A stretch of DNA of 64,000 bases from a virus (taxonomy: Duplodnaviria; Heunggongvirae; Uroviricota; Caudoviricetes), in the IMG/VR virus record IMGVR_UViG_3300045450_000050, positions 7,343 through 71,342 of that record; one strand, written 5' to 3'. The notes beneath the pieces are model-generated. The model searched no databases, had not been told where the DNA came from, and saw only the letters and a program-made list of their open reading frames with translations. Positions 44,029-52,366 of this stretch are shown here, in pieces; position 1 is the stretch's first letter; each line of letters opens with the position of its first letter. The position numbers and the translations under genes are program-made.

Positions 44029-44754
44029 TCACTCGAAGAACGGTCGATACTCCTGCTCTCCGTATGTGTGCTTGAACACCTGAGCACGCTGGAGGTTGTC
44101 CGGGGTGCCGTGCACGCCCCACTCGCCGATGTTCTGCACACGACTGTTCATGGGATAGATGGCCTCGAACCCGTAGCGCGGGAAGATCCGCACATCGATG
44201 TTCCAGTCCCAGCCCGACATGAATCCTGGCGTCCCAGAGAACGTCGAGTAGTCGTGATCCCACAGCGGAGCGAAGACCATGTCCCAGACGCTGCGCCACG
44301 TGCCCCACACCCACGGGTTGAAGCGGCTGTATGGAATGACGTAGCAGTCGTGCTCGCTGCGGCCCTTACTGAACGCATTGATCGTCGCGACGAACTTGGT
44401 GTTGCGGTAGTGCTTCTCGGCCCACGTGAAGTATTCGAGGATGTCGTCGGAAACGACGAGATCGTCTTCTGCACGCACCACGAAATCGTGCTCCAGGAAC
44501 AGCTCGCTGAAGCCGACGAAGGGATGGTGCAGCACCCCCAGGACGCGTTCGTTGACGACGATCTCATAGCGACGAACACCCGTGCGCTCGAAGAAGGCCT
44601 CGAACAGCTCGATCACTGTGTCCTCGACCGGGCTCGGCTCGATACGTGCCACGACGTGCCAGTCCTGGATGCCACGCACGCTCTCCCAGGACTCCAGTGT
44701 CTGGCGGAGGTAGTCGACGCGGTCGTAGGCCGTGAAGAAGAGCCCGTGTGTCAT
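44029..44754 (-). CDS. GT-A fold glycosyltransferase (GT2/GT13-like)
   Basis: FTAYDRVDYLRQTLESW, VRAEDDLVVSDDILEYF, PWVWGTWR, SRVQNIG. Confidence 0.85.
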   Translation of the reverse strand: MTHGLFFTAYDRVDYLRQTLESWESVRGIQDWHVVARIEPSPVEDTVIELFEAFFERTGVRRYEIVVNERVLGVLHHPFVGFSELFLEHDFVVRAEDDLVVSDDILEYFTWAEKHYRNTKFVATINAFSKGRSEHDCYVIPYSRFNPWVWGTWRSVWDMVFAPLWDHDYSTFSGTPGFMSGWDWNIDVRIFPRYGFEAIYPMNSRVQNIGEWGVHGTPDNLQRAQVFKHTYGEQEYRPFFE

Positions 44755-45443
44755 TGGGTGGCCGTCTCAATGACATTCGAGCGGCCGTCCTTCTTGTGGC
44801 CCCAATGGTGAACGGCGATGGTCTCTTCGGGCAAGCTGTCGACCCACGCACTGGCGTCCCCGCCTGCGCTGATCTGCTTCCAGTGCACGGGGTTGAACGT
44901 CTCCTTGGATAGGACGTGGAACAGGTGGCGAGTCTCGCGCACCGTGTCCGTCAGCAGCGCTGGTCCCGTCGTCTCCACCATCTCTGCGGTGGGGTTCGCG
45001 AAGTAGCGCTTGGGCAGCTCCTCCAGCAGCTCGCGCCAGAAGGGATCGTGCGCCGATGGCGCGCCGATGGCAGCATTCACGATGCGGTAGTCCTCGTAGT
45101 TCTCGTACGAGGCCCAGGCCGCTGGAGGCAGCTCCTTCAGGGGCCGCACGGGCTGCATGTCGCAGTTGACGTAGATCCCGCCCACGGCCTCGACGAGAGC
45201 GTACCCAATCACGTCGGCGAGCTGAACGTACAGCTCGATGCCCTTGCGATCAGCGTCTCGCCGGTAGAGATCGGCCACCACATCTGCCACCTCGGTGAAC
45301 TGCGGCACGTCAGCTTCAGTCCACGTGGTGACGGTGTAGGAGGGATTCAATCGCTTCCACTCACGCTCGTAGTGCGCATAGGCGGCGGGCATCTCACGCC
45401 CCGCCCAGAAGCGGTGGATGACACGAACCGGCCCGGAAGGCAT
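44751..45443 (-). CDS. glycosyltransferase, GT32/Och1-like
   Basis: VIHRFW, LADVIGYALV..GGIYVNCD, TTGPALLT, AVHHWGH. Confidence 0.85.
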   Translation of the reverse strand: MPSGPVRVIHRFWAGREMPAAYAHYEREWKRLNPSYTVTTWTEADVPQFTEVADVVADLYRRDADRKGIELYVQLADVIGYALVEAVGGIYVNCDMQPVRPLKELPPAAWASYENYEDYRIVNAAIGAPSAHDPFWRELLEELPKRYFANPTAEMVETTGPALLTDTVRETRHLFHVLSKETFNPVHWKQISAGGDASAWVDSLPEETIAVHHWGHKKDGRSNVIETATQ

Positions 45444-46360
45444 CAGAACTTTCCCGTCTTGCGGCGGTAGAACGCGACCGTCTCGGCGAGCCCGTTCGGC
45501 AGCGTCTGGAACTCGTACGGGTGCGAGTACAGCGACCGGTGAGTGGACACGTCCGCCTTCACCACAGCCCCTGGCGTCTCACCGGGACGCAGCGGCAGGT
45601 ACGAGATCTCGCCCTGCCCGACCTCCTCGATGACTGCCTCGGCGATCTGACGAACGGTGGTGTCCAGGCCGGTGCCTGCCTCGATGGTCGTCGAGATCTC
45701 GCCATCTTCGTCCGTGACGACAAGTGCGTCGACCAGGAAGTTGGCCACGTCGCGAACGTGGACCATGTCCATGATCTGCGAGCCGTCCCCGTATACCTCG
45801 ATGGGGTCGCCGTGAAGGGCTCGCATAACGAAGCTCGGGATGATCTTGCGGACCTTTGAGCGCCCGTAGGGCTCAGCCACGGACTGGCGTGGTCCGTAGG
45901 CGTTCAAGGCACGCACCACCGACACGTTCGTGCCTCGGTAGGCGTTGAACATCCGACACATGCGCTCGACGGTGCTCTTGGAGATCGAGTAGGGGTTCTG
46001 CTCCCAGTGGTTGCCCACAGCGATGTTCACGCCCGGGACGCCGTACTGTGCCGCCGCCTCCAGAACGTTCAGACCGCCCTCGATGTTGGTCATGATCGCG
46101 GGCTTCGGATTCGAGATTGTCTCCTGCGTGCCAAGCACTCCCGCGAGGTGGACGAAGCCATCCACGTGAGCCATGGCCTCGGTGACCGCCTCAGCGTTCC
46201 GAATGTCGCCTAGGTAGCGCGTAGCTCCCGTGGGCAGGTTCCCTGGTCCGTGGGTGTGATCGAACGAGACGACCTCGATCCCGTCGCTCAGTAGGCGGTC
46301 GACCACGTAGGAGCCGATGAAGCCTGATCCGCCCGTCACGAGCACGGTGTTGATCGTCAT
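45443..46360 (-). CDS. NAD-dependent nucleotide-sugar epimerase/dehydratase
   Basis: VLVTGGSGFIGS, YSISK (YxxxK), NAYGP, DMVHVRDVA. Confidence 0.92.
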   Translation of the reverse strand: MTINTVLVTGGSGFIGSYVVDRLLSDGIEVVSFDHTHGPGNLPTGATRYLGDIRNAEAVTEAMAHVDGFVHLAGVLGTQETISNPKPAIMTNIEGGLNVLEAAAQYGVPGVNIAVGNHWEQNPYSISKSTVERMCRMFNAYRGTNVSVVRALNAYGPRQSVAEPYGRSKVRKIIPSFVMRALHGDPIEVYGDGSQIMDMVHVRDVANFLVDALVVTDEDGEISTTIEAGTGLDTTVRQIAEAVIEEVGQGEISYLPLRPGETPGAVVKADVSTHRSLYSHPYEFQTLPNGLAETVAFYRRKTGKF

Positions 46361-46374
46361 TGAGGTCTTCCTGT

Positions 46375-47460
46375 TCAGCCGCGCTGCATGTCTGCGAGAG
46401 ACAGCTTTCGAGCGGCGGGCTTGGGCTCTTGCGCCGAGTGTACCGGGGGAATCACGCGAGCGGGATTCCCTCTGGAGATGGCTTCAGCGATGAGCACGAG
46501 AGCGATGTCGAGGTTGCCACGAGGGTCCTCCGACGCGCGCACTTTCGTGCGCAACTCCCAGAGTACGCGCAACGCGAGCATGATCTTGTCGACATCGAGA
46601 CGGCTGGCGAGCTGCTTCCGAATCTCGTACCCCTGGCTCTCCGGCAGTGTGCCGCCGCTGCGGATGATGAGCAGATCTCGCAGCGTGGCAATGAGTTCCG
46701 CAGCAAGCTGCGTAGGCGAAGCGACCTTGGAAAGCTGATCTTCAACGACCTCGAACACCTGGGGGATGTTGTTGGTCATCAGTGCCGCCAGCAGGCGCGG
46801 ACCCACGTCGCCCTCACCCACGGCCTCGATGTACTCGTCCAGGGTCTTCAAGCCCGCCAGGCTGACCTTGTCGAGTGCCTGCACGGCGCTGCGGAGATTG
46901 CCATTCGCTCGGTTGGCCAGGTGAAGCACCAGCGCGCGCTCCACCTGGATCTGTTCTTTCACAGCGATGGTCGCCAGACGGCTCGCCACGTCGCCTGCGG
47001 TGACTGCCTTGAACTCGAACTCGATCAGACGACCCAGCACGTTATCCGGGATCTTGTACGGCTCCGTCGAGCACAGCACGAAGATCGTGTTCGCCGGGGG
47101 CTCCTCCAGCGTCTTCAGGAACGCCTCGAAGCCCTGTCGAGTGATGGACTGCGCCTCGTCGAAGATGACGACGCGGTAGGCCCCGCCGAGGGAGTAGCGC
47201 ACGGTGTCGAGGATCTTGCGAACCTGCTCGACACCGCCGTTGGAAGCAGCGTCGACTTCGATCACGTCGCCCGCCTTGACAGCGTCCGCCAGAATCCGCG
47301 CTGCGGAGGTCTTGCCCACGCCGGAGGGGCCCGCAAACAGCACGGCAGGCGGGACGGTGCCTGTCTCCACCATGCGGCGCAGCATCGCGATCTCGTATCG
47401 CTGCCCCACGACATCGTCGAAGCTGGTGGGTCGGTACTTCAGGTGCAGGGGCTCAGCCAC
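46375..47460 (-). CDS. dnaX: clamp-loader subunit, DNA polymerase III gamma/tau-like
   Basis: LKYRPTSFDDVVGQ, GPSGVGKT, DAASNGGVE, IFDEAQ, AFLKTLEEPP. Confidence 0.93.
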   Translation of the reverse strand: MAEPLHLKYRPTSFDDVVGQRYEIAMLRRMVETGTVPPAVLFAGPSGVGKTSAARILADAVKAGDVIEVDAASNGGVEQVRKILDTVRYSLGGAYRVVIFDEAQSITRQGFEAFLKTLEEPPANTIFVLCSTEPYKIPDNVLGRLIEFEFKAVTAGDVASRLATIAVKEQIQVERALVLHLANRANGNLRSAVQALDKVSLAGLKTLDEYIEAVGEGDVGPRLLAALMTNNIPQVFEVVEDQLSKVASPTQLAAELIATLRDLLIIRSGGTLPESQGYEIRKQLASRLDVDKIMLALRVLWELRTKVRASEDPRGNLDIALVLIAEAISRGNPARVIPPVHSAQEPKPAARKLSLADMQRG

Positions 47461-47680
47461 GTGGTCCTGCCGCCACCTGATCGCGAGCCAGGTCGTACGC
47501 CATCATGCCGATGACCTCGTCCATCGTCTCAGCGCCGCCATAGACGGCCTCGAACGCGTCCATGATCGTCGTCTCGCAGTCGGGGCAGGCATCTCCCGAC
47601 AGCTCGCACAGTTCGTGAATCCCGGACTGCGTGGCACGTGCCCACACGCGGGCGGGGATTCCATCGGAGAGAGTGGGCAT
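47453..47680 (-). CDS. hypothetical protein
   Basis: Start MPTLSD; CELSGDACPDC. Confidence 0.6.
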   Translation of the reverse strand: MPTLSDGIPARVWARATQSGIHELCELSGDACPDCETTIMDAFEAVYGGAETMDEVIGMMAYDLARDQVAAGPRG

Positions 47681-47826
47681 CACAGGTCCTTCGTTGCTTC
47701 GGAGTCGTTGGCCCACATGCCGAGCCGCTTCATGAGCCAGCCGTAGTCCTCGTCGTCCAGGTAGACCGAATCGATGACCCGGCCCCCGACCTTGATGAAG
47801 ACCTTGGCCTCGTAGAGATCAGCCAT
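47680..47826 (-). CDS. small hypothetical protein (48 aa, not in ORF track)
   Basis: MADLYEAKVFIKVGG...; overlaps both neighbours by a few nt. Confidence 0.55.
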   Translation of the reverse strand: MADLYEAKVFIKVGGRVIDSVYLDDEDYGWLMKRLGMWANDSEATKDL

Positions 47827-48469
47827 CGGTGACCACCGTCTTTCCATCCTCGGTCGAGAAGCGATAGACCTTGTCGGCGAACTCGGCCAGCTCGGGCTGG
47901 TGCGTCACCATCAGGATCTGGACGCCGGTCTTGTCCTTGACCTCCTGGAGGAACTCGCCCACGGCCGATAGGTACTCCGCCGAGACGTGCGCGAAGGTCT
48001 CGTCCAGCACCAGCAGGTTCTCCGTGCGAGTTCCCGAGGACAGCAGCATGACCACCAGGCGTAGCAGGAAGCCGATAGTCGCGGCCACACCACCGCCGCG
48101 TGCTTCCAACACGGGGGTGTCGATGACCATCCGGCCCAGGGTCGTCCGCAGGACGAACTCCACGACGACGGAGCGGCGCTGCACGGACTGCACGATGTGG
48201 AAGCTCAGACTGGCATCGAAGATCGTCTGGAGCCCACGGGTGACCAGCTCCTCGATCTTCTGCTGGGTCTGGAACTGGCGATCCTCGCCCATCGAGTTCA
48301 GCAGCGCGGTGACGCGATCCAGGTCCTCGACTTCGACCTTCAGATCCTCGACTTCCTCCTTCAGCTCCTTGCCGCGCAGGAGGTTCGCGCGCATCTCGCC
48401 GGATCGCGAATCGAGCGTGCGACGGTGCCGACGCGCCCGCAGGGTCAGCTCGTCCAGATCAGTCGTCAC
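47819..48469 (-). CDS. SbcC/Rad50-like ABC-ATPase, C-terminal half only
   Basis: Coiled coil then RGGG signature, LLVLDETFAHVS (Walker B/D-loop), VTHQ (H-loop); no Walker A. Confidence 0.85.
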   Translation of the reverse strand: MTTDLDELTLRARRHRRTLDSRSGEMRANLLRGKELKEEVEDLKVEVEDLDRVTALLNSMGEDRQFQTQQKIEELVTRGLQTIFDASLSFHIVQSVQRRSVVVEFVLRTTLGRMVIDTPVLEARGGGVAATIGFLLRLVVMLLSSGTRTENLLVLDETFAHVSAEYLSAVGEFLQEVKDKTGVQILMVTHQPELAEFADKVYRFSTEDGKTVVTDG

Positions 48470-48797
48470 TGTAGGTCACCCCATCCAGGATCAGGCGAGC
48501 AGGCTCGAACGACCAGTCCACCTTCACCCAGTCGTCGCCGACGAACTTCTCGACAGAGACCACGTCGGAGACGTGAGTGCTGCGAGCCAGATCCTCCTGC
48601 CCTCGCTTGACGCGGAAGGCCCGCTCGATCCACTGCGTGAAGGTGCCTCGTGGCTGCTCGTAGGACCAGATCTCGGACTGTGCATTCAGCAGCGCGTGCA
48701 GGAACTCGCTCTTGGACTCGTAGATCTTGCTCATGCGAGTCGGGTACGACGCGCCGTAGCGCTTGCGCAACGTGATGCGGAACAGCTCGGTAGCCAT
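48459..48797 (-). CDS. hypothetical protein
   Basis: Start MATELF overlapping lipoprotein stop. Confidence 0.65.
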   Translation of the reverse strand: MATELFRITLRKRYGASYPTRMSKIYESKSEFLHALLNAQSEIWSYEQPRGTFTQWIERAFRVKRGQEDLARSTHVSDVVSVEKFVGDDWVKVDWSFEPARLILDGVTYSDD

Positions 48798-49015
48798 CAG
48801 CGAGCCTCGTCCCAGTCGCACGAGATGCCTCCGTTGTAGCCGCCGTCCCAGAGGATGCAGGTCACGGCACGCCCGTCAGGCGTGTCCACAGTCTGGACGG
48901 TGATGTCTCGGCTGCTGCTCTGTGTGCTCGGAGAGGACGACTCGAAGGGCGAGGCACATGCCGTCAGGCCCAGAGCCAGGAGTACCGCAGTGGCGGTGAT
49001 GGTCAGTCGCTTCAT
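48797..49015 (-). CDS. small lipoprotein
   Basis: MKRLTITATAVLLALGLTAC: signal peptide with lipobox LTAC; leaderless start. Confidence 0.8.
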   Translation of the reverse strand: MKRLTITATAVLLALGLTACASPFESSSPSTQSSSRDITVQTVDTPDGRAVTCILWDGGYNGGISCDWDEAR

Positions 49016-49091
49016 GACCGTTATACGCCTGGGAAGTGCTCTCCATGCACTCTCGCGTGCACACACGTACGCCTACGCGCTCGCGCCGTGT

Positions 49092-49376
49092 TTAATCTTC
49101 TCCTCTCAGGGGTCCGAGGAGCTTACTCAGGAGGGAAGGATAGGGCCCCTTACCCCACCAAGTGCGCGTTACGCGCTAACCTGTGGAGATGGCTCGCAGA
49201 GTCGGAACGCCATCGTTCTCAGTCCTGCGGCCAGGCCCTACCTCCTGAGTTTGCTCCTCAGAACCCTGACGGAAGATCAAGTCCTCAGTCTGGCCTGTCG
49301 GATGCTACGCATTCCTCTTCGGTCTGCGCCCCTGTCGGTCGGAGTCACGTGTGTGACGGCCCCTACTCATCGAGTG
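49092..49376 (-). ncRNA. candidate ~290-nt structured RNA with long rod
   Basis: About 45-bp interrupted stem 49092-49147/49234-49280; TTGCAA-N18-TAGAGT upstream on minus. Confidence 0.5.
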
Positions 49377-49382
49377 CCGCCG

Positions 49383-49412
49383 ACTCTACGACCTCCCCAA
49401 CGATTTTTGCAA
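49383..49412 (-). promoter_or_regulatory. sigma-A-like promoter TTGCAA-N18-TAGAGT
   Basis: Read directly; -10 fits TANNNT. Confidence 0.55.
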
Positions 49413-49470
49413 CTGGACACGCGGAGGGTGTATCCGGAGGCCCTCTCGTGCGTATAACGGGTACGGTCTG

Positions 49471-49500
49471 TTGACTATTAATGCGTGTACGCGCTAACCT
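49471..49500 (+). promoter_or_regulatory. sigma-A-like promoter TTGACT-N18-TAACCT for the plus-strand cassette, overlapped by operator motif
   Basis: Read directly; AGGAGG RBS at 49526-49531 downstream. Confidence 0.65.
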
Positions 49501-49535
49501 CAGAGTCACACCGTTAGCGCGTATCAGGAGGAAAC

Positions 49536-49901
49536 ATGGCTGCACTGCCCGAAGGTCTGACCCAGAAGGACATCGACCGCTACGCCCAGCTCGACGCCGG
49601 GATCAAGAAGCTCGCCGACGAGCACAAGACGCTCAACGAGAAGATCAAGAAGGCGCACGAGGACGCAGGCATCTCGGGCAAGAAGACCCTGATCTACACC
49701 TCCGACAAGTACGGCTCCGTCATCGTCAAGATCGGCGAGCAGAAGCGGCTCGACGCCGCCGCGCTGGAGGAGAAGCACCCCTACGAGCGCTTCCCGCAGT
49801 TCTGGCGCATGCAGTTCGACAAGGACGCCGTCCCCGCCGACGTGCAGGCCAAGTTCCGCACGAACATCATCCCCACGCTCTCCATCTCGACGGGCGAGTA
49901 A
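49536..49901 (+). CDS. hypothetical protein with N-terminal coiled coil
   Basis: 121 aa, AGGAGG RBS, strong GC3 codon bias. Confidence 0.85.
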   Translation: MAALPEGLTQKDIDRYAQLDAGIKKLADEHKTLNEKIKKAHEDAGISGKKTLIYTSDKYGSVIVKIGEQKRLDAAALEEKHPYERFPQFWRMQFDKDAVPADVQAKFRTNIIPTLSISTGE

Positions 49902-49904
49902 GGC

Positions 49905-50150
49905 GTGGCTCTCGAAGACGAACTGCGCGACCGTCGCGCACGCATCGCGGCGGCGACCACTCGCAAGGTGCGTGCTGAGGCCGAGCATGAGTCCGCCGTC
50001 TCCCGGTTCAAGATCGCCAAGGAGACCCTGGCGAGCGAGCACGGCGTCACGTCGATGGCGGAGGGTCGCGAGAAGCTTGCCGAGCTGAAGACCGCCCTGG
50101 AGACCGCCCTGGTCGAGGCCGACACGAAGCTGAAGGAATCCGGCGCGTGA
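49905..50150 (+). CDS. small coiled-coil protein
   Basis: 81 aa, entirely helical heptad character. Confidence 0.8.
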   Translation: MALEDELRDRRARIAAATTRKVRAEAEHESAVSRFKIAKETLASEHGVTSMAEGREKLAELKTALETALVEADTKLKESGA

Positions 50151-51385
50151 GCCCAGACCTCAACGACCTCGTCGAGATGGAGCATGACGATCCGGAGATG
50201 GTTCCGGAAATCGTGCCTGCCTCGGCTCGGTTCTCGGTGAGAGCACCCGTGAGCAAGCTGCGGGTGCTCTTCTCGCGCTGCAATGACGTTGCCATTTCTT
50301 CCGCCGACAAGGAGGTCCTCCCGGGCACGTCTTCACTCTTGCTGGAGGCGGTGCCCTCTGCGAAGGGTGCGCTGCCCTACCTGCGTGCAACGGCCTCGGA
50401 TGGCGACACCACCGTCTCGGTCGTGTCGGATGGCGTGGTCATTTCCCGACATGGATCAGTCCTGCTGCCTGCGCATCGTGTCCACGAGATTCTGAAACTG
50501 GCTCCCGGCACGACGGCTCAGATCGTCGTCGAAGGCACTACCGCGACCATCCGCTCTGACCGGGCCCTGTGGACTATCCAGGTGCCTGCTACGAGCGAGG
50601 TGAGCGCCTTCCTGGACACCTCCAAGGTGCAGACAGCACCCGTGCCCATTCAGGCCTTCACAGAGGCTCTGATGGCTGCACGGCGCGCTGCGTCTGCCAC
50701 AACAGCCCGAGAGTCCCTGATGCAGATCCAGCTCCGCAACGGGGCGTTCACGGGGGCGGACGGCGGACGGGTGCACCGCGCCCTGGCTGAAGGTGTATCT
50801 CCCGAGCTGACGGTCACCCTCCCGGTGCGTGCAGTCGACGAGATCTTGAAGGCAGGGCGCGCCTCAGACACCACGTACGCCGAGTTCGGCTATGACGACA
50901 GCCATGTCGTGTTCGAGTGTGACAGCGGACGCATCGTCGCGCAGCGGATGCAGGTCGACTTTCCTGCATCCATCGAGAGCCTGCTGATGGGTCCCGCTTT
51001 CACGAACACGCAGATCCTCCAGGTACGCCGACGAGACCTCATCGACACGATCAAGCGTGTGCGAGTCAACGCCAACCCTGACTCCGCCGCTGTGACGCTG
51101 TCTCTCGCGCCCGCGCACATGGGAGCCCTGGATCTGGTGGTCAGCGCTCGGGATCAGGCGCACAACAGCTCGCAGGAGACCCTGGAGTGTGTCTGGCAGG
51201 GCTCGGAGAAGAACTACCCCTCGATCACGCTGAACCACAACTACCTGATCGACTTCCTGGAGGTCCAGCACGGTGACGTAGTGCAGTTCCTGATCGGGGA
51301 AGACACCAAGACCGTGAAGACCCCTGTGCTCATCGAGAAGGATGGCTTCACCGGCATCGTGCAGCAAATGTATTCGGTGCGCTGA
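50147..51385 (+). CDS. dnaN: DNA polymerase III beta-like sliding clamp
   Basis: Three-domain repeat; ATASDG, TGADGGRVHRA, DFP..ESLL, LNHNYLIDFL, GIVQQM. Confidence 0.88.
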   Translation: MSPDLNDLVEMEHDDPEMVPEIVPASARFSVRAPVSKLRVLFSRCNDVAISSADKEVLPGTSSLLLEAVPSAKGALPYLRATASDGDTTVSVVSDGVVISRHGSVLLPAHRVHEILKLAPGTTAQIVVEGTTATIRSDRALWTIQVPATSEVSAFLDTSKVQTAPVPIQAFTEALMAARRAASATTARESLMQIQLRNGAFTGADGGRVHRALAEGVSPELTVTLPVRAVDEILKAGRASDTTYAEFGYDDSHVVFECDSGRIVAQRMQVDFPASIESLLMGPAFTNTQILQVRRRDLIDTIKRVRVNANPDSAAVTLSLAPAHMGALDLVVSARDQAHNSSQETLECVWQGSEKNYPSITLNHNYLIDFLEVQHGDVVQFLIGEDTKTVKTPVLIEKDGFTGIVQQMYSVR

Positions 51386-51390
51386 GAACG

Positions 51391-51438
51391 ACGAAGGCCC
51401 CAACCGTCAAGAAATCCTTGTCAGTTGGGGCCTTTCGT
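51391..51438. terminator. bidirectional terminator between convergent genes
   Basis: ACGAAGGCCCCAAC ... GTTGGGGCCTTTCGT inverted repeat. Confidence 0.78.
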
Positions 51439-51444
51439 GTGCTC

Positions 51445-52329
51445 TCAGAGCGCGACGCGCTTCCGGCCCTTGGAGTCGATGACCGGCTTGAACGCCACGC
51501 ATGCGTGCTTGAAGTCGCAGTACGAGCATCCGGCGCGGTCCTGCTTGGGCGTGTGATCCTCGGTCCAGATGTCACGAGCCATCTTGATGAAGCGCTGGCT
51601 GATCTCGGCACGCGCCTGGTCGGTGACACGGTGGGGGTGGACCATGGGCTTGGCCAGGGGCTGGAGAAGAGCTGTGCCCGAGGTCGGCTTGCCGAAGGAC
51701 AGGAACACCGCCAGGTCGTAGAAGGTGAGCTGTCCCACCGTCTTGCGCCAGTACGAGCTGTCCTTGGTGTGCTTCACGTCGAAGACCCACCAGTTCTCGT
51801 TGTTGTCCCTGACCAGGATGTCCATGTAGCCGATGAGCAGCACGGTCTCACGGCCACCGCGAGGGTGCGGGATCTCCAGGGGAGCATCGAATCGAAAATC
51901 AGGCTGGAAGTCGAAGGGCACCACGTACTTCTGTAGCAGTGGCTCCATCTTGGTCGCCGCCTCGGTGCACTCTCGGAAGATCCGGCTCTTGTCCTCGGCG
52001 TCTCTCCACTTCAGCACGCCGGGCTCTACGTGCTTCTTCGGGTCCTCGTCGGGCTTGCCCTCGCGGATGTTGCGCTCCTCACGCTCCATGATCTCCTCGA
52101 CCATGGGGGCGAGCGTGCCTGGCGTGTAGTCACCGCGGTTCAGCCAGTCACGAACCACGCGGTCGGTGACGTTGCCGGGGAAGAAGTTGCGCTGATCACT
52201 CAGTGCCGCCCGCTTGCGCGAGCGCGACAGGTAGCCCTTCTGCTTGCACTCCTCGTGCACACGAAGCTGGCTCCAACTGAGTCGAAGGGTCACGCTCCCA
52301 CACTCCGGACATTTCTTTCGAGAGACCAC
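51445..52329 (-). CDS. Cas4/AddB-like PD-(D/E)XK exonuclease with Fe-S staple (start uncertain)
   Basis: LSWSQL..EEC, IGYMDIL..VFDVKH..QLTFY, C-terminal CSYCDFKHAC. Confidence 0.88.
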   Translation of the reverse strand: MVSRKKCPECGSVTLRLSWSQLRVHEECKQKGYLSRSRKRAALSDQRNFFPGNVTDRVVRDWLNRGDYTPGTLAPMVEEIMEREERNIREGKPDEDPKKHVEPGVLKWRDAEDKSRIFRECTEAATKMEPLLQKYVVPFDFQPDFRFDAPLEIPHPRGGRETVLLIGYMDILVRDNNENWWVFDVKHTKDSSYWRKTVGQLTFYDLAVFLSFGKPTSGTALLQPLAKPMVHPHRVTDQARAEISQRFIKMARDIWTEDHTPKQDRAGCSYCDFKHACVAFKPVIDSKGRKRVAL

Positions 52330-52366
52330 TGGCGGATGCTCCGCTTCTGTATTGAGATGAGTGACC

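Noticed and set aside
8900-44030. A conserved -35 element for the CCGATACTC promoters
   Set aside because: GTTT or GTTC occurs 11-13 nt upstream at only three sites with inconsistent spacing; not enough to claim
44029-46360. DNA hypermodification as the main reading of the glycosyltransferases
   Set aside because: ThyA looks canonical and no hydroxymethylase, TET/JBP or modified-base kinase was recognised; kept only as an alternative
49090-49380. tmRNA, tRNA, SRP, RNase P or retron identity for the structured region
   Set aside because: No T-arm GTTCRA, CCA end, SRP GGAAG core or RNase P motif seen, and no reverse transcriptase in the window
51445-52329. Cas4-like gene as part of a CRISPR system
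   Set aside because: No repeat-spacer array or other cas genes seen; solo Cas4/AddB-like nucleases are common phage recombination genes
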